A stretch of 63,154 nucleotides of DNA. Origin: Atractiella rhizophila (Eukaryota). The translations under genes were made by a program, and so were the position numbers. The DNA is taken from contig MU271247.1 in assembly GCA_021432655.1 (NCBI GenBank), positions 62,001 through 125,154 on the forward strand, read 5' to 3'. The notes below the pieces were generated by a model, which worked only from the letters and a program-made list of their open reading frames with translations, was not told the DNA's origin and made no database searches. Below are positions 11,720 to 23,842 of the stretch, in pieces; positions within the stretch are counted from its first letter, which is position 1; each line of letters opens with the position of its first letter.

Positions 11720-14406
11720 ATGCCCAAACGAAAATTCATCGGCCCTTCAGAGCGTCTTCGCATACTTAAAGAGCAAGAAGCGGCTGGCTTACGACCCCCT
11801 GATCCATGGGTTGCGCGGAAGTTTGCGATTGGGATGGTGGTAGGTATCGTGGGATACGTTTACTATGTATTCGTGGTGCGGATATGTGTGAAGATGGTGA
11901 GGGGAAGGGAAAGGAGGCTTGGGAGCAAAGGGACAGGAAGTGAGTTTCTTATCTCTCTCTCTTCTTTTCTTGACTTTTCCTCCTTTACTTTTCACCTTTG
12001 AGCCAAGTGCGGCCCATGTTCACATTGACAGAGATTTGCGTTCTCTTTTCGAGAAATTGAGAAATCGTATTTTGCTCTAAAATTACATGCACCCAAGGAA
12101 GAGTTGGCCGAGATTACTAGTGGTCGTCATCACATTGAGCCATCTTCTCGTCTTCTCTCTTACTCCACGAGCTCGCCATGGAGCTATTGTAGAGTAGCGC
12201 CTACCTTTCATGGAGAACCATGCCACATCGGTCAGGCCACAACTTTTGTGCGGCTTGGGTGCATTCTTCAACTGTCTATTCAATAATTCATTGTCTAAAG
12301 TGCTAAATGGGGCACAATAAAACAAGAGCTGGGCAACCAGCAGCAGACCTTACTTGAGCAGAAAATGTGTCCGCTCAACAATTCAGCGTTGCTCCTCTTG
12401 TTTCACGCTGCAAGCACCTACTTGTATCCGAGAAAAGACCATTTAGATGATGGGATTCTGCCGCATCCTACAAGCTTCCCCGTCAGAGACCACCGTAGTA
12501 CGATCTACCATCGCAACCAACATTCAAACATTCTCCAAAATCTGTGAATTGAGCGCCTTGAAGTAGGATGCTGTGTACAGGTCTCGGATTGAAACCGTCT
12601 TATCGGTCGTGGTTAACCATCGAGACCGTCATAAACTTACCCCCGCTGCTGCAATTACTTTGTAGTCTCATTTTATTCCCTGATCACACCTTAAGATGCC
12701 GCACTTCCACCTTAAAGAAGCGCAAAGAGGCAGAGGTATTCGTTCCTTCTTGCAGTTGTCCTAGCTTCGACCGTAGACTGTTACTCTACGTCAAGAAACC
12801 GTCGTCATTGGCTCCAATTGTGGGGGTGGTGATAACCTGCGCTGACGAATACGAAAACCTCTGACAGTATGTTGCAGTATATAAATCGTAGACTCCATAT
12901 CAGATGATGTGAGGCTATTCTAGTGTTTCTCTGCCCTACATCCGACCGTTCCTTCATTTCAGATACTTTCTTTCTACATGGCACATCTTCCTGAGATCGC
13001 TGATGTTTCACCGTTAGTCGCACTCCTAACCATATTCCATATATTATTACTCCTATTCGTCTGGTCGTATATCAAAGTAATTTCCACGCCACCTGGTGAG
13101 TTACTATCTCTCCTCGTTTCCTTGCTCCTGAGTTCACCTGGCGACAAAGGTAACGCTCGCGACCATATTGCCCAAACTCCACGCCCAGTAGATCCATCTC
13201 GCTCCCATCCCGCAACACCACACGCAAAGAATTCAACGCAGCAACCTGCACTAGCTGCAATCCAACCCTCACCCCATCCTCCAGCTTCGGCACAAGCTGA
13301 AGACACTCTAGCGGGACCTAGATTCGAGGATCTAGAGTCACGACCGTTCCCCAGCACCCAAGTTTCGGTGCCTCAAGCTCGGGAGTCGTCTTCCTCCTCA
13401 CCCGAACACTCACATGAAATGGAAGAGACCAAACGTCCCGCACCGATTCTGACGCTAGACGGAGGAAATGTGGACCGTTCAGCTATACCTCCTCCGCCGC
13501 CGTCAACTAATTTGGAGCGACGAAGCCCTATCCCCATCAAGGCTGAGCCGAAGAACGGGGATCCAAGACTCGTAGTCACGAGATACACATGGCCTGCTCT
13601 CGCACCGTGGAATCGATATTGCTCGAAGTGTGGGATTGTCAAGCCTTATAGAGCTCACCACGATCGACATACAGGGACGTGTGTGCTGAAATACGACCAT
13701 TTTTGTCCCGTTCGTCCGCTCTTCTACATTCAGGTTGAAATTGACATTTTGCGGATTCATAGTGGATTGGTCACTGTGTTGGAGCGAGAAACCACAAGTT
13801 CTTTCTCAACTTTTGCGCCTGGGCTGCAGTCTTCTGCTCCTTCGTCTTCCTATCCACCCTTTTACTCGTTGCTATCCCCTATCACAAATCCATTCCCTCA
13901 AACACATCAAGACGCGTCGATCCCCAAACTATAGTAATTATCGGTCTGGGATTCGTCTTCGGCCTCTTCACTGTCGGGCTCACCATCACACACGCATGGA
14001 TGATAGGACACAACATGAGCACGGTGGAACATATCGGGATCGCGAATATGAAGGAGAGGGAGGATCGTAAAATTGTGGAGGTCTTCGGATTGATAGGGAA
14101 ATGGAAGGAGAAGAGAGAAGTGCGGACGCAGTGGACAGAACAGATGGGTCACTTGTATACCACGGGGAATATCTGGTTTGTTGAAGGAGGTAGGAGGGAG
14201 AATTGGAAGAGAGTTATGGGTCGGAAATGGTGGATGTGGATTTGTGCGTATCCTTATGTTACCTCTCGGAATTATCTGACATGGGGAACACAGTCCCTGT
14301 AAATCCAGAGCGTTTGGACGACGGGCTGCACTATGAAGTAAACCAACGTTTTGACGAACTAGGACGTCTGAAGAGAAGAGAACAATGGGCTGAGCACTTG
14401 CGGTAG
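11720..14406 (+). CDS. DHHC-family palmitoyltransferase, DHFC variant (Pfa5-like)
   Basis: TM-containing exon 1 (11720-11939), intron 11940-13017, WSYIKVISTPPG, CSKCGIVKPYRAHH...CVLKYDHFCP|WIGHCVGARNHKFF, NMSTVE (TTxE-like) and ENWKRVMG (PaCCT-like). Confidence 0.9.
12030..12865 (+). ncRNA. Candidate large structured RNA in the DHHC first intron (identity unknown)
   Basis: At least six nested perfect helices of 7-11 bp plus several internal hairpins, in an intron about 18 times the normal length (see findings). Confidence 0.5.
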
Positions 14407-14861
14407 AGACGCTGCCTACAGCCACCAGTGGTCACGAAGGAGTTGGACCATCAATACATTTATTTCACTTTCATGGACCCAACGGTGATGTGCAGTAGTT
14501 TGTTTGTAGTATACAATTAGGTCAGTGACAGTAGGCAAATATTATCCTAATGCCAATCTTAATATGTGTATGTTTTGAATTCAGCCGCAAACCAGTTATA
14601 ATTAGGTTCGTTCTGCCCTTCAAAACAGCTGGCCACTCGGTCTGGACACCTTACTGTCCTCTCAAATGCAGCTTACCTCCATTATGAGGTGACCCTTCCA
14701 TAAACCCACTCCTTTCGCCGGCACTTCTTGTTATGCAAAAAGATTCTTAAACTTGAAACGGAAGGATTCTTTTTGTATTCTTCAATGTACCCTTTCTCGA
14801 GTAACAATAAGTCTGCATATTATTCAGAGTTTCGCTTCTGTTTAGTACCTTGAATTGATGG

Positions 14862-16121
14862 TCAAAAGTGCTTGATGAGCCATTCAACACTCTGTTTGAA
14901 CGAGTCTTCCTTCGCAAACTTCACCTCTGGTACCGTGAGATCGCCTCGAACGGCAAAGCCGTGGCTTGCCTTGGGGTAGTAACTCTTCTTGTCTTTACCT
15001 CGCGTCAGTGGGAACGCAAGGAAAAGAGAATAGAATGCACAAAACTCAGCATCCCCGTACACCTCGTCCACAATCTTCTGCTTCTCCAAAGGGCATTGAT
15101 CGTCGATCTCGCAAACATTCCATAACAAGGGAAGCTTTGTCGCCTTCAACTTCTCTGGATCAGTTGGGTAGTCGAGAAAGGATGGACTACGGCACTTCCT
15201 TCGTCAAGTAATTAAAAGATGAATTGGAGGGAACAGACTGGTTCATCACTCCCGCCTTCAGACTGTTATCATAAGCTAAGGCAGCTACATATTTTGCGCC
15301 CTGTACACGTGGGCGTCAACCTTCAAAAATCAAGTTTCGGTCAATAATGATCTATAACGTACAAAGCAGTAACCCTAGAAGCTCATCGTTACTAACTTAC
15401 ACGAAAGATTATTGAACTCACTATGGCTGCAAAAGTTTCGAAACCTTGTTCTTTCAATCCCTTGATCGCCGCATCCAAAAGAGCTGCTTGTATTTCAGCC
15501 CTCCTTCGTCAGTTTGTAGCATGAGTACAAACGTTTCGTCCTATCGTGCCCATGCTTCGCAAGCCAAGCGTACCTGTCGAAATTACTATCGTTCAATGCG
15601 TTTTCTGGGATCGAATCTCCTTCGAAGTAGTCTATCAAAACGGTGTAGAATCCGTTCTTCGCATAGGCGTCAACCAACAGCTATGACGAACACTTCATCA
15701 GTGCAGTCTCTATTACGAGAGAAAAACGCCCACCTTATTGTTGATGAACTCCAACCCAAAAACCTTCCAACGTCTAAGTCAATCTAATAAAGCTCAAAAA
15801 GGGACGGCAAACATCCGGGAGGAAGAGTAACGCTTTGTTCTTAGGGTATCTTAGCTACTATATGAGCTCTCGATGACAGGTGCGAGATGAACAACTCACT
15901 CAACCGATGGTTTTCCAATATAACACTTCACGCCGTTGATGTTATCGATGGTACCCACAGCTTCACCTACGAAGTGAAATCGTATCGGCCTCGGATGGTA
16001 CTCCTTTCCAGGAAAAGAAAAGATACTGACCTTCGTGGATGACGCCAGACACGCTGTTCTGAACTTCAGTACCTGAATCAATGTCATACGAAGACACTCA
16101 CCAAGCTTTGCAGAGAGACAT
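14862..16121 (-). CDS. Dienelactone hydrolase family protein (Aim2-like), copy 1
   Basis: MSLCKAC|VSGVIHEG start, LVDAYAKNGFYTVLIDYF, G-Y-C-F|G-A nucleophile motif, HGFAVRGD, and C-terminal SVEWLIKHF. Confidence 0.9.
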
Positions 16122-16762
16122 TAGTGGTAATCAGCAGTTGTGTTCTGAATTCTGGAGGTCGGTCAGCCTGTCAGAGTCCATTTTATACGTTTATGGCGGG
16201 GAGTGGAACACAACTTCCTCCATCGGCAGCGCCGGAGTGGGTGGCCCCAGACATTGTTAAGAAACCAAATGCCGACAACAGCCGCATAAGTTAGTAAACA
16301 TCCTACTATAGAATCAACAGGACAAAACAAAGAGAATGGTTCCTTATAGCCACGAATTCATGAAGTCGTGGTAGAAGTGATTATGACACTGCATGTATCT
16401 CGCCCCCTAACAGGGAATTGCTAAGAAAACAACGCCGATGATGACGGGGAAAGTTAGTAACCCTCGGACTGCTAAATCGATAGGATAAACATAGGGATAG
16501 TTTTTTGTGGCCTTGGATGAAGGGCCGAGTCGTGATCGTTGAAACATTAGCTAAGCCTCAGTTCTTTAGCCTTCAGGCGGCCACAAGCTTATGAGGATAG
16601 TGATCACCAATCAACCAATGATTTGAATTTAGGCGTTTATCGATTCATACCTGAACATTTCGTGATACACCCGGAAAGATTCTTTCTTGAAAGGGAAAAG
16701 CTTTGTATATTCCTGTACTATCATCAGAGCTTCTGCTTCTGCTTAGTACCTTGAAGCGATAG

Positions 16763-17813
16763 TCAGAAATGCTTGATGAGCCATTCGACGCTCTGTTTGA
16801 ACGAATCTTCCTTTGCAAACTTTACCTCCGGCACGCTGAGATCGCCTCGGACGGCAAAACCGTGGCTTGCTCCAGGATAGTAAGATTTCTTGTCTACAGT
16901 TTCTGTCAGTAAACCACAGTAATCGGGCAGGGAGGATGTACAAAAATCAGCATCTCCGTACACCTCATCAACAATCTTCTGCTTCTCTGGTGGGCATTGT
17001 TGGTCGGTTTCGCAAACATTCCATAACAACGGGAGCTTCGTTGCCTTCAACTTCTCGACATCAGCTGGATATTCGAGAAGGGATGGGCTGCCCGTGAAGT
17101 GTTCGTCAACCGCTTAGAAGTTGGAATGATTGGGACCGACTGATTCATCACTCCTGCCTTCAAAGTGCCTTCGTATGCGAGAGCAGCGACGTATTTCGCC
17201 CCCTTCATGCGAAGGATATTATTGTTTGGAGATCAAACGTGACCCATAACGCACAAAGCAGTAACCCTAAAAAGGCTCTTCGTTAGGGATTTCGCAGACT
17301 AGCTATCGAGTGATCCTGACCATTGCGGCAAAAGTATCGAATCCTTGTTCTTTCAATCCCTTGATCGCCGCGTCCGTGGCCTCTATTTTCATGTCATCTC
17401 CTACTTCGTGGTTTAGTAATAGCGCGAAAGTGCAAACTTTTCGTCCTCTCATAGCCATGTCTCGCAAACCACGCGTTCCGGTCGAAGTCGCCTCCGCTCA
17501 TCGCGCTTTCTGGGATAGGATCTCCTTCCAGATAGTCTATCAAAACGGTGTAGAATCCGTTCTTCGCATAGGCGTCAACCAACAACTATAGGAGATGTGG
17601 TCAATGCATGGCATTCTTGCAGGAACACAGTGCCAACCTTGTTGTTGACGAACTCCAATCCAAAAACCTTCAAGACATTAAGTTAACCCACTAGGTGCTA
17701 AGATCAAGAGGAGATCGAACGTCAGGGAGGAGCAGTAGCGCTTTGGTTTTAGGATACCTGAAGGAATAGGAATAAGAAGCAAAACTGGACGAAAGACAGA
17801 ACGCACTCGACTG
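16763..17813 (-). CDS. Dienelactone hydrolase, copy 2 (5' end in gap)
   Basis: Collinear paralog with the same exon structure: LVDAYAKNGFYTVLIDYL, GYCF, YPGASHGFAVRGD. Confidence 0.88.
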
Positions 17814-18353
17814 NNNNNNNNNNNNNNNNNNNNNNNNNNNNNNNNNNNNNNNNNNNNNNNNNNNNNNNNNNNNNNNNNNNNNNNNNNNNNNNNNNNNNNN
17901 NNNNNNNNNNNNNNNNNNNNNNNNNNNNNNNNNNNNNNNNNNNNNNNNNNNNNNNNNNNNNNNNNNNNNNNNNNNNNNNNNNNNNNNNNNNNNNNNNNNN
18001 NNNNNNNNNNNNNNNNNNNNNNNNNNNNNNNNNNNNNNNNNNNNNNNNNNNNNNNNNNNNNNNNNNNNNNNNNNNNNNNNNNNNNNNNNNNNNNNNNNNN
18101 NNNNNNNNNNNNNNNNNNNNNNNNNNNNNNNNNNNNNNNNNNNNNNNNNNNNNNNNNNNNNNNNNNNNNNNNNNNNNNNNNNNNNNNNNNNNNNNNNNNN
18201 NNNNNNNNNNNNNNNNNNNNNNNNNNNNNNNNNNNNNNNNNNNNNNNNNNNNNNNNNNNNNNNNNNNNNNNNNNNNNNNNNNNNNNNNNNNNNNNNNNNN
18301 NNNNNNNNNNNNNNNNNNNNNNNNNNNNNNNNNNNNNNNNNNNNNNNNNNNNN
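17814..18353. other. Assembly gap (N run)
   Basis: 540 N. Confidence 1.
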
Positions 18354-18393
18354 TTTACTGACTTTCCAAGATATCTACAATAAGGCAATGGCC

Positions 18394-19014
18394 TCAGAAG
18401 TACTTGATGAGCCATTCAACACTCTGTTTGAAGGAGTCTTCTTTAGCAAACTTGACTTCTGGTTTGCTCATATCGCCTCTAACAGCGAAGCCGTGGCTGG
18501 CAGAAGGATAATACGACTTCTTATCTGTGTTCTGATGAGATTGAACGGCGAAGATTGAATGGGAAAGGAAAAGCTCACAGAATTCGGCATTGCCGTAAAC
18601 CTCATCGACAATCTTCTGCTTCTCAGGCGGACACTGCGGGTCGGTTTCGCAAACATTCCAAAGGATGGGAAGTTGAGTCGCCTTCAACTTCTCAATATCA
18701 TCCGGGTATTCCAGTAGGGATGGACTGGATCGAGTCAGTGCAATAAGCGTAAGAGTGACAGAGACGCACTGATTCATCACTCCGGCTTTGAGAGTTCCGT
18801 CGAATGCCAGTGAAGCCAGATATTTTGCACCCTACAGCACGACAAAAGGTGTCAACGCTTGAGGAGAATAATGGGGGGACAACCGACAAAGCAGTATGCC
18901 TAAGAGACATTTTTAGGGAAGAATCTCAGAAAGCATATCACTCACGACCGCGCCAAAACTTTCGAATCCTTGATCCTTCAAGCCCTTTATCGCAGCGTCT
19001 GTAATTCCTGCAGA
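18394..19014 (-). CDS. Dienelactone hydrolase, copy 3 (5' end in gap)
   Basis: PSLLEYPDDIEKLK, YPSASHGFAVRGD, SVEWLIKYF. Confidence 0.85.
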
Positions 19015-19749
19015 NNNNNNNNNNNNNNNNNNNNNNNNNNNNNNNNNNNNNNNNNNNNNNNNNNNNNNNNNNNNNNNNNNNNNNNNNNNNNNNNNNNNNN
19101 NNNNNNNNNNNNNNNNNNNNNNNNNNNNNNNNNNNNNNNNNNNNNNNNNNNNNNNNNNNNNNNNNNNNNNNNNNNNNNNNNNNNNNNNNNNNNNNNNNNN
19201 NNNNNNNNNNNNNNNNNNNNNNNNNNNNNNNNNNNNNNNNNNNNNNNNNNNNNNNNNNNNNNNNNNNNNNNNNNNNNNNNNNNNNNNNNNNNNNNNNNNN
19301 NNNNNNNNNNNNNNNNNNNNNNNNNNNNNNNNNNNNNNNNNNNNNNNNNNNNNNNNNNNNNNNNNNNNNNNNNNNNNNNNNNNNNNNNNNNNNNNNNNNN
19401 NNNNNNNNNNNNNNNNNNNNNNNNNNNNNNNNNNNNNNNNNNNNNNNNNNNNNNNNNNNNNNNNNNNNNNNNNNNNNNNNNNNNNNNNNNNNNNNNNNNN
19501 NNNNNNNNNNNNNNNNNNNNNNNNNNNNNNNNNNNNNNNNNNNNNNNNNNNNNNNNNNNNNNNNNNNNNNNNNNNNNNNNNNNNNNNNNNNNNNNNNNNN
19601 NNNNNNNNNNNNNNNNNNNNNNNNNNNNNNNNNNNNNNNNNNNNNNNNNNNNNNNNNNNNNNNNNNNNNNNNNNNNNNNNNNNNNNNNNNNNNNNNNNNN
19701 NNNNNNNNNNNNNNNNNNNNNNNNNNNNNNNNNNNNNNNNNNNNNNNNN
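19015..19749. other. Assembly gap (N run)
   Basis: 735 N. Confidence 1.
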
Positions 19750-20454
19750 CTTTACGGGAAGACCATGACCAACACGGTCTACATTATTGGGGCAAAAGGA
19801 GTGAAGCTTAAGATGATCTATTCTGATCTATTCTTGCACCTGAGGAGATTCGGGGCACGGCACGGAGGAAGAAGGGTCTGACCTCAAAATCCTTTCTTGT
19901 GATCATGAAGGCCCACCTTCGATTAAAGTCTTATTTGTCATGAAGTCCTATTTGTGAAGCCGAGCTAACTTGTTCATTTTTTGAAGAAACAGCATGCATT
20001 TCTACAACTCTTTGGGTGTGTACTAGGCAACATCGCAGACGCTCACATGAACGAAGCCTCAAGAGGCGGGGACGAGAACATAGTACACGCACTCGGTTGC
20101 TAAATCCCAGCTTGAGATCACAGCTACTTCTTTCACTTGTCTGCCCTGTTAAGTTAAGCGCAAATTGTGTGGTGCAATGACGCGTGCCCGAACGGTTTCC
20201 TCCTCGACATGCATCAATGCTGGTAGCAAAGAATTAGACGTACCTTCTTCTGTTGAATCACCATCTATCACTCTCCATACTTGAACTCATTAATAGCTTT
20301 TAATTGACTGTGATGCAGAGATTAAGGCATAATACTACGGGTGCATTCGGGCAGAAGAACTTTCAACCGCCAATCACGTGCCGCATGTCGTCATTGAAAA
20401 CCACCACTTTACAACGCAAACTTTTCCTAATCTACACCATCAATACCGATAAAC

Positions 20455-21428
20455 ATGACAGGATCCGTCGTGCGTTGTTTTGGTCTGATAATTCTCTTGG
20501 ATCTGACCGAGTCGAGTGGGAAAGTTGGTTCTCGTTAGGCATGGAGAGAGCGAATGGAACAAACTAGTGCGCGTTTCTTCTGCTGTCCTTTCAACGCAAG
20601 GCAATAACATGAAGGTAGAACCTGGTATGCCCTTTTTGTGACCAATTGAAAGATCTCTGAGAGCACCCAAAAGTTTACGGGCTGGAAAGTGCGTCCCTAC
20701 TCTCTCCTCTCACACCGATATCCGTTGAAAAGACCTGGGTCAGGATCCTGGACTCACGGAGCTAGGCCGCCAAGAAGCTCACAAAGGTGCAAAAGAACTC
20801 AAAAACCGGGGATACAAGTTTGATGTTGCCTTCACCTCTGCTCTGTCTCGGGCACAAACGACTTTGGATATCATCCTCAAAGAGATCGGACAGGAGGATA
20901 TTCCGATTTTCAAGGATCAAGCATTGAACGAGAGGGACTACGGTGATTTAACGGGTTTGAATAAGGATGATGCGAGGAAGAAGTGGGGAGAGGAACAAGT
21001 TCATATTTGGAGGAGGAGCTACGTGCGTCATTCCGTTCTAGCCAAGGTCATTAGATTGAAGTGGTCTGGTGTTGGGCTTTCATTTTGTGCCGATAGGATG
21101 TTCCACCTCCAGGAGGAGAATCGCTTGAGCTTACTGGAAAGCGTGTCATGCCTTACTACGAGAAGGAGATTCTTCCCCGAGTGAAGAAAGGGGAGAACGT
21201 CCTGATCGCCGCACATGGAAATTCCTTGCGGTTCGTCGCTGCCTTTACATCTCCTCGTTGCTGACGCAGGGATGTGCGATTTGAAGATCGATGATCAAAG
21301 AGCTTGAAGGACTCTCGGGAGAAGCCATCGTCAAGAAGGAACTGGCTACGGGTGTACCGATTGTTTACACCGTGGATGCCGAGGGCAATATGACTGGTGT
21401 AGAGATCCTGGATTCTACGACCGCCTAA
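20455..21428 (+). CDS. GPM1: 2,3-BPG-dependent phosphoglycerate mutase
   Basis: Spliced [67 protein letters not shown] and LATGVPIVY. Confidence 0.95.
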
Positions 21429-22690
21429 AGACCGTTTTATGGTTGGCTGACTTGATCAAGTAACAAAAATATGAATATTTGTTTGTATCTTAGAAGTAAA
21501 CAGCTGCAATTTGATAGAAAACTCTTGTCGCTTCCCTTAACTGCGCATAACCAATTACTGATGCAACAGGCCGATCAAGCTATTAACCTCAGTATTGTAG
21601 TTATAGTCAAGGGCACGATAAAGCGCCAATTTTCCCTCCTTCGAAGACTTCCTGCAGCGTGCATACCGGATGGGAAAGTACTTCAAGAGTAATCATTGCG
21701 ACGTATTAGGTGCGATGGGCAAGACCTTTTGTCGGAAGGACGGTAGAGGAAAAGGAAAACAAGATGGATGAATTCGTTAGACTCAACGTGTCGGAGGAAG
21801 AAAGGATAGGGCTCGAAAAAGAGAGTGCGAGGAAGACGAAGAAGAAGAAGACGACGAAGAGAGCGAAGAGGAGGACCAAGACGCCACCATGGGTCATGGC
21901 CTTTCGCGAGGTAAGGAACGGTTCTCCAAAGGGGATGTGGACGATTCCGGTATGAAATCGAGCGAGTTCACCGTTGATATTGGAAGGATTACAAGGACTA
22001 CTTCTGTGACTTTCCTACTCAGCTAATGCTTCGAGACACCCTCGGTCTCTCAAAATGATCGGGAGATGTACGAGTGGGCCTTTCACTTTCGTGCTCAAGC
22101 TTGTGCGAGCTGCCTTGCCTCGCCTGGCCAAGCTGTTTCGTAATCGGCCGTGCAAATAGCCACGCCTGCCTGAAAATGTGAATATTTGTTTAACTCAGCT
22201 CACCCGCCCAAGACGTCGAAGCTTTGACCATTCTTAAGAGATTTAAAAGCCAGATCCTTATTCTCTTAACTGTTGACGATAAAAGCGGTTGTATGTACAG
22301 GACGAACCGGAAAGCAGAAGAAATGATATATACCAGAAGGACAAAGGAAAGGGAAAGCAAACTATGTAACGTCATTAGATATTATAAGGTGGATAGAATC
22401 ACGACACCTCATTCATGAACGAGAGCTCATGAATATTATAGATATACATAAAATAGTGAGTTTGGAAGTGGAGGTGTTCCTCAATTGAAAGTTGGAATTG
22501 TGCCGGAAAACAGTCAACTTTCAGAGGACGAGGTGTAGGTTTGAAAATAGGATGTGTTTCGCATAAAGATAGATGGTGTTCACGCATTACTTTCTGTAAT
22601 GATGGTCCTTGATCGTGATGGTTCCTTGAAGTGTATGGTGTCGTCCAGATTGCAACTCGTTACGATTCAAATTGATGTCCTGATGATCCG

Positions 22691-23842
22691 TTATGCTTTT
22701 GACCTCAAGAGTTGGCTAAGACCAGTTTCAAATCGCGTATAATAGCTATAGGCCTCAAGTCTAGCCTGTGAAGACGCATTGGGATCATAGGGCTTGTAAA
22801 CTTTGGCGTACTCCTCAGGGGTGAGAGGAGGTTCTCGAAGGAATTGCTTTCGAGTACGTGATGCGGGGGTGTAGGAGAGGGTCGTAGGAACAACAAGGCT
22901 GAGAGGAATAGCGGAGTTGGGATGGATCGTGGTTGAGGACAATATTCGTAGTCGTTCACGAGCGTGCCATTCATCTAACATCAATCGATGCCAAGCGACA
23001 ACCTCCTCCTTAGAGAAATAAGTCTGCTCCCCATAACTGACAGCAGAATTTACGACCGTCTTCTGTTCAGGACCAGGCACCGTGGGTCGCCTTCGCGGTA
23101 TTGTCCGAGTGAGATAATGGGGTTGCGGTGGAGCGAGGTATTTCGTTGTCGGAGAGACAGCTGGAGCAGGTACTGGTTGCTCGGTCCCCGCCTTCTTCCT
23201 GCTGATATCATAATCTCCAAAAAAGACAGAAGAATGCTCTAAAGGTTTGGGAATTAGCGGGGCACGGGGAGACTGCTGAGAAGACGGGTCGCGAGGACTC
23301 TGAAGAGATTGCGGTGGAGGAACAAGATGTCTTTCGCTTTCCTCGTCGGATTCGAAATCGTATTCAGAAGCGTTCACAAGCTCAGCGACAGCTGCATACT
23401 CGACTCCATATTCGCGCCTCATGAATCGAGCCACGACGTAGTTGTTAGCCGCCATGACCTCCTTCTTTGTCACTTTCATAGCCCCTTGAAAACCTCTGCT
23501 ATTTCGCAAATTCAACCAATACTCCTTGGTACCAACTGGCCATTTCGGATGAGGAACAATTTCCACATCCTTGAAAGGCGCGCATCCTTCGCTGATGATT
23601 CTAGCATCCTCTTCCTCAGGCACGTATACATCACTTCGTAGAAAGATTCGTGAGGAGTTCCTGTGTAAATATGGCACTTCTTCGTTCCCGGAGGAGGCAG
23701 ATGACGGTGGAGCGGTCGATGACGAATCAGTCCCAGGGGGAGGGATGTAGCTGGGAAGAGCACTGTCGCTGTGCAGATGGGAAGTTGTCGGCGGTGGTGA
23801 GACTACGATTATCGGAATTGCTGGGTCTCGAAAATACAGCAT
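22691..23842 (-). CDS. Hypothetical Pro/Ser-rich protein (5' exons unresolved)
   Basis: 383-codon ORF preceded by a plausible acceptor at about 23848. No known motif recognised. Confidence 0.6.
   Translation of the reverse strand: MLYFRDPAIPIIVVSPPPTTSHLHSDSALPSYIPPPGTDSSSTAPPSSASSGNEEVPYLHRNSSRIFLRSDVYVPEEEDARIISEGCAPFKDVEIVPHPKWPVGTKEYWLNLRNSRGFQGAMKVTKKEVMAANNYVVARFMRREYGVEYAAVAELVNASEYDFESDEESERHLVPPPQSLQSPRDPSSQQSPRAPLIPKPLEHSSVFFGDYDISRKKAGTEQPVPAPAVSPTTKYLAPPQPHYLTRTIPRRRPTVPGPEQKTVVNSAVSYGEQTYFSKEEVVAWHRLMLDEWHARERLRILSSTTIHPNSAIPLSLVVPTTLSYTPASRTRKQFLREPPLTPEEYAKVYKPYDPNASSQARLEAYSYYTRFETGLSQLLRSKA

Noticed and set aside
11940..13017. Telomerase RNA, RNase P/MRP or SRP identity for the structured intron
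   Set aside because: No CTAACCCTAA-type template was found. The P4-like fragments are in the wrong order. The GNRA hairpin followed by CAGCAG lacks the SRP CAGG strand. The identity is left open.
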